Below the pieces are notes generated by a model, which did no database searches, was not told where the DNA came from, and saw only the letters and a list, made by a program, of their open reading frames with translations. From an uncultured Pseudomonadales bacterium (GTDB lineage: Bacteria > Pseudomonadota > Gammaproteobacteria > Pseudomonadales > UBA7239): a DNA stretch of 32,189 nucleotides. Where the stretch lies: contig CAZHQZ010000002.1 of assembly GCA_964534675.1 (NCBI GenBank), positions 1 through 32,189 of the forward strand, written 5' to 3'. Both the position numbers and the translations under genes were made by a program. Below are positions 14,831-21,117 of this stretch, in pieces (position 1 is the first letter of the stretch; each line of letters opens with the position of its first letter).

Positions 14831-15295
14831 TTGGACAGTCTTCACGAGTTGTTAACCACAATGCCCGAAGCTGAGCGAATCCATTCGCTTAAAGCACGGA
14901 TAGTTCCCGGCCTAGGCGTGGCGCAGGGAACTCTCGCTCGCCAGTTGCCACTGATCAGCCAAGGCTTCCCCGAGGTCGTAGACTGTTACCCTGGGACCAT
15001 AAATATGGAGCTCGAATGTCCTCTCGAAGTGACGCAGCCCGATCATCGCACTCCTCCGCTTGCCTGGACTCCGAGCGGACGAACGACTGAAGTATTCGAC
15101 CTAGTGCGTATTGAGCTTGAGTTCGGCTCACTACCAACGCGCGTGCCGGCATGGTTGTACGTTGCCCACTTATCTCCTCACCGTGACACCCCGACCGTTC
15201 ATGAGGTGATAACTCAGCAGTTAAACCTGAGTGATGCCAGTGAGTGCCAAATTCATCTGCGCGCAAGTGCAGTAACACTGACATCCACACATTAA
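14831..15295 (+). CDS. DUF120-like protein (fold of the archaeal CTP-dependent riboflavin kinase)
   Basis: ARIVPGLGVAQGTLARQLPLISQGFPEVVDCYPGTINMELE parallels the RibK/DUF120 pattern G-x-V-x-SG-x-G-x-G...PY-x-GTLN-x-x-L. The C-terminal AWLYVAHLSPHRDTPTVHEVITQQLNLSDASECQIHL parallels ...H...-x-EIIA...L...L-x-DGD-x-V. The TTG start at 14831 follows AGAGG; the ATG at 14861 is the alternative. Confidence 0.45.
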   Translation: MDSLHELLTTMPEAERIHSLKARIVPGLGVAQGTLARQLPLISQGFPEVVDCYPGTINMELECPLEVTQPDHRTPPLAWTPSGRTTEVFDLVRIELEFGSLPTRVPAWLYVAHLSPHRDTPTVHEVITQQLNLSDASECQIHLRASAVTLTSTH

Positions 15296-15319
15296 CAAAC
15301 GAAGCTTCAAGGCTGCTAC

Positions 15320-16444
15320 TCACGGGTGAATCACCCTGCCATTGGTGCTTAACAACTCGGCATTTGTCAGGTACTCCCTCAGCAACACCAAGGAAGGCGC
15401 ACATTGCGGCTGACTTAGAAACTCGTTACCCAATGCAGACTTGTAAAGACGCAGCCAAGTCGGCGCAGGCACCTTCGGCAGGAATGCGGCGAGAGACTCT
15501 CGGTTTCCCTCCCCGAACAACAGGCGCAGGGTGCGCAGGATTGGTTGGTAGTCCCGTGCAGACAACAGCTCCGCAACGGTATCATCCAGCCGCTGCTCGA
15601 TCGCCACGCTATTCAGTCGATCCTCGACTGAGGCGTCGCCCAGCGCCACCCGGGGGTCGATCGCTACTGGATAGATTGCGCGGAACGACTTTGCACCGTT
15701 ACGCATGGATTCATAAAGCACTTTGTCGGCAGTAGATCCGGTAACCAACACATCGTCGCCGAAGATCACATGCACACCGCTCCATCGGTAGAAATTCTCA
15801 GCCGGAATGACATGATCTTGGAGCAGATTGACATGCTCGCGCTCGTCGGTGCTGAGGCTAGCGTAGTTCTCGCAGGGCGGTGCAATCCTGGGTAGCTTGA
15901 CGTTGATGATGGTCGGCAACGCCATATGCGCCAGTTTGACGTTGACTTCCTCGACCACGAACTCATAGAGCACGTTCGCCGTGGACGGCACGTTGCGCCA
16001 ACCAGTGGTCATCATCACCACGTTGTCACCACAGACCTTGGCGTTCTGGAACAGGTATGACCATTGCGAGTCTGGCCTATCCAGCTCGCCACAGAGGTAG
16101 TCGATCAGTTGCCTTGCGAGATACCGGATGTCATGCACACCGCCGTATTTTGCACGGCTGTAGATCCCAGCCAGTGCTGTGGCATCGCTGCCCGTGGCCA
16201 TGTCGCGGAACACCCCCGACTCGGCAGGTGTAAGGCAGTGCAGGGCGGTACCGCCAAAAATCGAAACATACTCGGTCATGCTGATCAGGTCACACGCAAA
16301 TAGCTCGGCAGCGAACGCGCGGAATCCAGTTTTCACATCATTCGCACGAGGTTGAGCGGCAGCCTGACGAAACATCGCCAACTGGACATCAACCGGGCTT
16401 TTAAGTACATCGGACCATAGCGGAGAATTTGTGGGGCAAATCAT
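15320..16444 (-). CDS. Phosphoribosyltransferase-fold protein with large unassigned N- and C-terminal extensions
   Basis: The type I PRTase PRPP-binding loop VHVIFGDDVLVTGSTADK (residues ~225-241, nt 15734-15772) is a hydrophobic run followed by DD-x-x-x-TG-x-T. The other ~220 N-terminal and ~130 C-terminal residues are not recognisable to me. The start lies 2 nt after the PHP gene stop. Confidence 0.6.
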   Translation of the reverse strand: MICPTNSPLWSDVLKSPVDVQLAMFRQAAAQPRANDVKTGFRAFAAELFACDLISMTEYVSIFGGTALHCLTPAESGVFRDMATGSDATALAGIYSRAKYGGVHDIRYLARQLIDYLCGELDRPDSQWSYLFQNAKVCGDNVVMMTTGWRNVPSTANVLYEFVVEEVNVKLAHMALPTIINVKLPRIAPPCENYASLSTDEREHVNLLQDHVIPAENFYRWSGVHVIFGDDVLVTGSTADKVLYESMRNGAKSFRAIYPVAIDPRVALGDASVEDRLNSVAIEQRLDDTVAELLSARDYQPILRTLRLLFGEGNRESLAAFLPKVPAPTWLRLYKSALGNEFLSQPQCAPSLVLLREYLTNAELLSTNGRVIHP

Positions 16445-16446
16445 GT

Positions 16447-17313
16447 TTAAGGCAGTTCAAGTCCTGCTGTTAAAGTTGCAGGTGTGTCCGGTAACGTTAG
16501 GCTGTCGAGGGAGACATCGATTCGTCGGCGCCTCTCGTAGTAACTAATGCTCTTCAGACCCAAAGGCCTCAGGGCCTCAAGCAGTTCAGCGACGCCCGCA
16601 CCAGCGTCGCTCGGGTCATGGGTGTCAGACCCAACCGTGAAAGGCACCTCGTGTGAGATAAGCTGTGCCACCAATTCCCGAGACGGATAAGACCAAAAGC
16701 CTTGGACCTCCCTGCCCGTTGTTGGGTCCAGGCTCGACTTTCGAAGACCTGAGGCATTGAGCTCGAATGCAATACCGCTTCTGGCGAGCTGCGCTAGCAA
16801 TGGTTCGAAACGGCGCAGGAAAATATCTTCCGGCACGCCACGCAGCAAGGTGTCAGCGTGCCCTACAGCATCAAACAATCCACTGTCTAGCAGATCTTCG
16901 AGATTGGCGAAGTAGCGATCTAGAAACGCCTGCCCGGCAAGGCGTGGCAGTTCCCAGACTCTCACCATCGCTTCATCTGGAACTTCCACGTAATGAATCG
17001 AGCCGATAACAAAGTCCATCGGGTAACGAGCAAGCAGCTCGCGATTGAAGACGTCGGTGCCAGGCATGTAGTCGAACTCCAGACCACACAGGATGGTGAT
17101 CTGTCCCTGATAAATCTCCTGAGCCCGCTCGATGTCAGCGAAATAGCGATCAAGTTCCGACGCGAGCAAACGATTATCCATATCCACGGGGAACGGCGCG
17201 TGGTCGGTGATGGTTAGGATGGTCACACCGGCGGCGATCGAGGCGCGAACCAATTCATCGACGGTACCGGTTGCATGCTTCGAATAAGAGGTGTGGCTGT
17301 GTGAGTCGATCAT
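16447..17313 (-). CDS. PHP-family phosphoesterase (histidinol-phosphatase HisJ/HisK-like)
   Basis: The N-terminal MIDSHSHTSYSKHA...ITDHAP carries the PHP metal-binding His motifs. GSIHYV, VGHAD and GSDTHDP occur farther on. I chose the ATG at 17313 because it forms an ATGA overlap with the radical-SAM stop; the ORF track starts at 17325. Confidence 0.8.
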   Translation of the reverse strand: MIDSHSHTSYSKHATGTVDELVRASIAAGVTILTITDHAPFPVDMDNRLLASELDRYFADIERAQEIYQGQITILCGLEFDYMPGTDVFNRELLARYPMDFVIGSIHYVEVPDEAMVRVWELPRLAGQAFLDRYFANLEDLLDSGLFDAVGHADTLLRGVPEDIFLRRFEPLLAQLARSGIAFELNASGLRKSSLDPTTGREVQGFWSYPSRELVAQLISHEVPFTVGSDTHDPSDAGAGVAELLEALRPLGLKSISYYERRRRIDVSLDSLTLPDTPATLTAGLELP

Positions 17314-18338
17314 GCAGCCTCCCACTGTTCGATCAACCCGGCATGACCAGCCAGATTCTTCACCAGCCAGTAGGGGTTGTTCGTCTTGGCGATGATCGAA
17401 CGAAGCAGGTCGGTGTTTTCAAGGCGCGCGAGTAACTCTGTTAGGGGTTGCGTATAGAGAGCTCGGGCCAGAGGTGTTTCCAACACATGTGCAACTAGCA
17501 GTTCCCAATCGACTCGGTCAAAGTGAATGTTTCCTAGGCGCTGATTCTCGATGCCATACAGGTATATGTCGCCGCTAGGCTTCACCGTGACATCCAAACC
17601 GTTGGCCTGCGGCGGCTTATTCAGGTTGCCGAAGGTGAAAGGTTTGTTGACCTTGGACTCGATCGCCTCAATGTAGCCGAGCATATCCAGATAACCGGGG
17701 GCGGTTCCTGGAGTTGGGTGAACGAGGTTCTTGTAGTCGATGCTGAAGCTCTCGCCGCCCGTGACCAGTATATCTTCCAGCACGCTCCGCGGCTCGATGG
17801 CTGCCTCAAGCCCCCAGGAGACCAGTTCGGACTTTAGGTACTCGCGGGTGAAATCGCGGTCGGTATCGATTGAGCGAAACGAGAAACTCAGCCCAGACGG
17901 TCGCCGACGACGCAGGAAGTCCAAGCTGAAACCATGGGCACGCCATTTGACCTTCTCGATATGATGGCTGTCTGCACTGAGGCGGATGTTGCAGGTGTCG
18001 CCATTGGCCAAGACAATCCGGTTTGTCGTGTCATAGAACTCCTCCATCTTGTCATGTGGGTAGAACCCACTGGTGATGAATTCGAAGCGCTTGCCACCTT
18101 TGGATAACCCGAGAATTTCGTGGAACACTTTGGCGTTGTTGAGTGGCTCGCCTTCACCACTGATGGAGATACGCTTGACCTCCGAAGCATTGATCAACCT
18201 AGCGAGGTTTTCCCGCGCCAACATTGATAGCTCCATACTAATTCCCGCTTGGTGCTTGTCGGCGTACATACAGAAGGCGCAGCCGATGCCACATATTTGC
18301 GTAATGTCGATATATAGGAGATGTCCCTGAAGATGCAT
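17310..18338 (-). CDS. Radical SAM enzyme of unassigned subfamily
   Basis: CGIGCAFC gives the CX3CX2C cluster at C16/C20/C23 (nt 18270-18293). The SAM-binding GGE-like motif is ISGEGEPL. 342 aa with no additional Cys clusters (no SPASM/twitch-like region). It does not look like a viperin to me, as I recall viperins having a CNYKCGFC-type motif. Confidence 0.8.
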   Translation of the reverse strand: MHLQGHLLYIDITQICGIGCAFCMYADKHQAGISMELSMLARENLARLINASEVKRISISGEGEPLNNAKVFHEILGLSKGGKRFEFITSGFYPHDKMEEFYDTTNRIVLANGDTCNIRLSADSHHIEKVKWRAHGFSLDFLRRRRPSGLSFSFRSIDTDRDFTREYLKSELVSWGLEAAIEPRSVLEDILVTGGESFSIDYKNLVHPTPGTAPGYLDMLGYIEAIESKVNKPFTFGNLNKPPQANGLDVTVKPSGDIYLYGIENQRLGNIHFDRVDWELLVAHVLETPLARALYTQPLTELLARLENTDLLRSIIAKTNNPYWLVKNLAGHAGLIEQWEAA

Positions 18339-18417
18339 AAAGTTCTCGGTTCAACCTTGCGCCAATGCATAGGTTTTTTTGTGAATAATTTTAAATAGTT
18401 ACAACGACTGATGAAAT

Positions 18418-18646
18418 CTGATCTTGCCAGCATTTTTCGTACAGTCTGCTAAGAGACTTTTTGTGCCTCAAACGCTTCTGGGCTGAGATAGCCCGGCGAC
18501 GAATGCAGGCGTTGTGATTGTAGTAGATGTTGATACTCAAACACCGCTGCCATGGCTTTGCGTGGCGTTGTTTTTTTCACTGTCTCGTTTGCTTTCTTCA
18601 TGGTGTCACCTTTGTTAAGTCTAGGCTTAACAGCGTGTCCATGTCA
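18418..18646 (-). mobile_element. Internally deleted (MITE-like) IS3-family element
   Basis: Read on the minus strand, the left end is TGACATGGACACGC... (from 18646). An orfA-like start MKKANETVKKTTPRK (ATG at 18601) is fused directly to an orfB C-terminus AMAAVFEY..QRLHSSPGYLSPEAFEAQKVS* (stop at 18449-18451). The right end is ...GGCAAGATCAG at 18418. The orfB remnant carries small indels relative to the copy at 3-137. Confidence 0.75.
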
Positions 18647-18649
18647 GGT

Positions 18650-18659
18650 GGGGGGGGGG
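18650..18659. repeat. Homopolymeric G10 tract immediately outside the IS left end
   Basis: G at 18650-18659, 3 nt beyond the IS terminus at 18646. Confidence 0.9.
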
Positions 18660-18801
18660 CAAACGGCGACTACACCTTTTTGCTGCGCAGCCTTGGATAA
18701 TGACTTATGCAAAGAGCCAAAACATGAGGACTGTCTGCCCAACAGAAGTGAGAATTATGGAATGGAAGCGAAGTCAGTCAAGGTCGGTAAGATCAGTATA
18801 G

Positions 18802-19335
18802 TTAAGAAGGTTTTGGTGCTAGATCTTCATCAAACTTTTTCATTCTGACTTTATCCCAGTCGATTCCTCTGTTTGCAGCTAACATGGGATCTCTGCCTAA
18901 ACTGAATAACAGTTTTGGTGAAACCCATGATTTCCTTTCGATTGTCTCTGCGACGAGCAACTCTAGCATGCTTAGCATTTTCTCAGATGTGTAAAAGCTT
19001 CTACGAAAATACAAATCTATGTGCAGCATTGGTGACTCATGAACCACTAACCTAATGAGCCAGGGTTCTGGTCTCTTCAATGTAAACTCACCGGTTTTTA
19101 GTGCTTGGGTGATATTGAACGCGCAGGTGGTTTTCCATCCGCCGTTTCGGAGATGGTAGTAAATAATTTTTTTAGCCTGAGCCGCTATTAAATACAGATG
19201 ATAGGTGGAGTGGTCTTTTTCCTTTTTTGTGGCGTTGTTTTCCAGTATGCACAGCGACAGATCTCGGCAAATTTTGTACTTTGATATATCAATCACAATG
19301 CCCATAAAAAAATTCTGCATGATGGTTTTATGCAT
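18802..19335 (-). CDS. Hypothetical protein (orphan, AT-rich)
   Basis: 177-codon ORF with no competing ORF. AT-rich composition like the other horizontally acquired segments. I recognise no motif. The start is ambiguous (M1, M6 or M11). Confidence 0.45.
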   Translation of the reverse strand: MHKTIMQNFFMGIVIDISKYKICRDLSLCILENNATKKEKDHSTYHLYLIAAQAKKIIYYHLRNGGWKTTCAFNITQALKTGEFTLKRPEPWLIRLVVHESPMLHIDLYFRRSFYTSEKMLSMLELLVAETIERKSWVSPKLLFSLGRDPMLAANRGIDWDKVRMKKFDEDLAPKPS

Positions 19336-19549
19336 AACATCTCACAGAATAATTGTTGGTATTAAATCAAGGAATTGTGGGTTTTTTAGACTTTCCTCAG
19401 GCTGCTCGAATGCTGCGCGGCGTAGTCCAATGATAGGTTTTGTAAAAAGGGGGGGCAGAAGAATGTTAGTTTCAAGCGTGTTATCGGAGTTTTCTCTACC
19501 ACTTAATTGGTGATCTAAAGCCTAAAATTGTCGGGTGATGCGATAGCAG

Positions 19550-19605
19550 GCACCCGACAGGAGGCACCCGACAGGAGGCGCTCGACAGAAAGCACCTGAC
19601 AGGAG
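19550..19605. repeat. Four tandem copies of a 14-bp unit (GCACCCGACAGGAG)
   Basis: Units at 19550-19563 and 19564-19577 are identical. 19578-19591 reads GCGCTCGACAGAAA and 19592-19605 reads GCACCTGACAGGAG. An inverted partial copy TGTCGGGTG lies at 19529-19537. Confidence 0.85.
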
Positions 19606-19702
19606 GCCTCTCCATATACGGATAACAAGCAATGCCGGTGTATGACACCGCTAAATTGTTGGTGCAATGTTGGTGCGGGAGAGGGAGGTTGGGCAACAGG
19701 CC

Positions 19703-19733
19703 AAAAAAAAGACCTAGCGCGTTAACGCTAAGT
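19703..19733 (-). terminator. Rho-independent terminator of tRNA-Arg
   Basis: On the minus strand, GACTTAGCG-ttaacg-CGCTAGGTC (9-bp stem, one mismatch) is followed by T8. It lies 12 nt downstream of the tRNA 3' end. Confidence 0.75.
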
Positions 19734-19745
19734 CTTTGAAAATAA

Positions 19746-19822
19746 TGGCGCGCCCGGAGAGATTCGAACTCCCGACCACCTGGTTCGTAGCCAGGTACTC
19801 TATCCAGCTGAGCTACGGGCGC
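19746..19822 (-). tRNA. tRNA-Arg (anticodon ACG)
   Basis: The reverse complement is GCGCCCGTAGCTCAGCTGGATAGAGTACCTGGCTACGAACCAGGTGGTCGGGAGTTCGAATCTCTCCGGGCGCGCCA. It has a 7-bp acceptor stem, a D-loop AGCTCAGCTGGATAGAG, an anticodon loop CT-ACG-AA, a T-loop GTTCGAATC and an encoded CCA. Confidence 0.95.
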
Positions 19823-19959
19823 GCAGAGGGTGCGTACTATAGGTGCGGCATGTGAAAGCGTCAATCCAATTTGATAAATAATGGCACTTAAACGCGAGGA
19901 AGTTGTCGCAGTAACGGAAAAATCTATCATTCACGCAAGAGAGTAACGAGGTGTTGGCA

Positions 19960-20787
19960 ATGAAAAGCAGAGCGATGTTGGTGTGGGCTGTGATGAGTGT
20001 GTGCAGTGTGTTTTGGGCAGATGTCGCGCACGCGGCGGACGCTAGAGTGGCGGAGCGTTTTGATTTCAAGGGGCGAGAAGTGGTGATGTATGCCCCGCAC
20101 AAGTTGCCGGCATGGGGGCAACGCGCACTGTTGGTGGTGCTGCACGGTGGCATGGGCAATGCGGATGGCGTGCGGCAAAGTTTGCAAATGGACGGCATGG
20201 CAGATAAATACGGTTTTTTGATTGCGTACCTCAACGGTAATGCCACGCGTGTGAACGCCAGAATGAAAATGTGGAATGCTGGTGAATGCTGTGGTTTAGC
20301 GCAGCACGATAAGGTAGATGATGTGGGCTATATCACCGCCGCTATACATGAAATAGAACAGAAATATGGCGTGAAAGCAGATCGCGTATACGGCATGGGG
20401 CATTCCAATGGTGCGATGATGACGCAGCGCGTGATGTGTGAAACAGGTATTTATCAAGCGGCGGTACCGGTTTCTGGTCCGTTGGAATTGGCTGTGGCTA
20501 CTTGCCCAGCAGCGCGCGGTAAACGCTTGCTGGCGATTCACGGCGCTGAAGATAAAAATGTACCGATTGCAGGTGGGCGCGGCAGCAAAGGTATTTCTAA
20601 TGTGAGTTTTCGTGCAGAAGCGCAAACGCAGCGCGTGTATGAGAAATCGGGTGCGCAGTACAAATTGTGGGTAGTGCCGGGCGCAGATCACAAGCCGAAG
20701 GATATTGAGGCGGCGATTGCTCAGTCTGGCTTGGTGATGCAAGAAGAAGTAGTGAAGTTTTTGGGAATAGCCAAGACAGATCATTAA
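19960..20787 (+). CDS. Secreted alpha/beta-hydrolase, PHB-depolymerase/esterase-like (COG3509 LpqC type)
   Basis: Signal peptide MKSRAMLVWAVMSVCSVFWADVAHA. LLVVLHGG, and the nucleophile elbow GMGHSNGAMM (G-x-S-x-G). I chose the ATG at 19960 over the GTG at 19951. Confidence 0.7.
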   Translation: MKSRAMLVWAVMSVCSVFWADVAHAADARVAERFDFKGREVVMYAPHKLPAWGQRALLVVLHGGMGNADGVRQSLQMDGMADKYGFLIAYLNGNATRVNARMKMWNAGECCGLAQHDKVDDVGYITAAIHEIEQKYGVKADRVYGMGHSNGAMMTQRVMCETGIYQAAVPVSGPLELAVATCPAARGKRLLAIHGAEDKNVPIAGGRGSKGISNVSFRAEAQTQRVYEKSGAQYKLWVVPGADHKPKDIEAAIAQSGLVMQEEVVKFLGIAKTDH

Positions 20788-20845
20788 CTATTGTTTTTTC
20801 GCATTGCTGCCCCAACGTCATTGCATCCACACGGAGGGTTTTACG

Positions 20846-21097
20846 ATGAGTTTTGATGAGGTGCGCATACTGGTTGAGGGCGGTAAGTCGCAAGAGGCGC
20901 TGGCGCTCTTGAATGACATGCATCGCGCGTGGCACGACAGACCGCGCGAACATGTGTTGATTCACGCGTGGCAGGCGCGTATTGCATGGAAAACGCAGCA
21001 TTATCGCCGTGCGGCGTGGGAAGTATTCGCGCTGATTTTTGCCGCGCCGACATCCTTGGTGCAAAAATATTTAGGTTTGGTGCGTAAAAATATTTAA
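20846..21097 (+). CDS. Small hypothetical protein (possibly DUF3703-like)
   Basis: The ATG at 20846 is preceded by GGAGGG. The 83-aa helical protein has a hydrophobic C-terminus. The family assignment is a weak recollection only. Confidence 0.45.
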   Translation: MSFDEVRILVEGGKSQEALALLNDMHRAWHDRPREHVLIHAWQARIAWKTQHYRRAAWEVFALIFAAPTSLVQKYLGLVRKNI

Positions 21098-21117
21098 TTA
21101 AAAATAAGGGAGAAAAC

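Noticed and set aside
14955-15735. ORFs of 149 codons (minus strand) and 163 codons (plus strand) around the DUF120-like/PRTase junction
   Set aside because: They are antisense to the better-supported genes, and their translations are Arg/Pro/Ser/Ala-rich without motifs.
19550-19605. Tandem 14-mers considered as a possible mini-CRISPR array
   Set aside because: The units are contiguous with no spacers, are far shorter than CRISPR repeats, and no cas genes are present. I report them as a plain tandem repeat instead.
19496-20246. Minus-strand ORFs of 144, 148 and 86 codons
   Set aside because: They overlap the tRNA-Arg gene and its terminator, or are antisense to the esterase gene start. They have no RBS or motifs.
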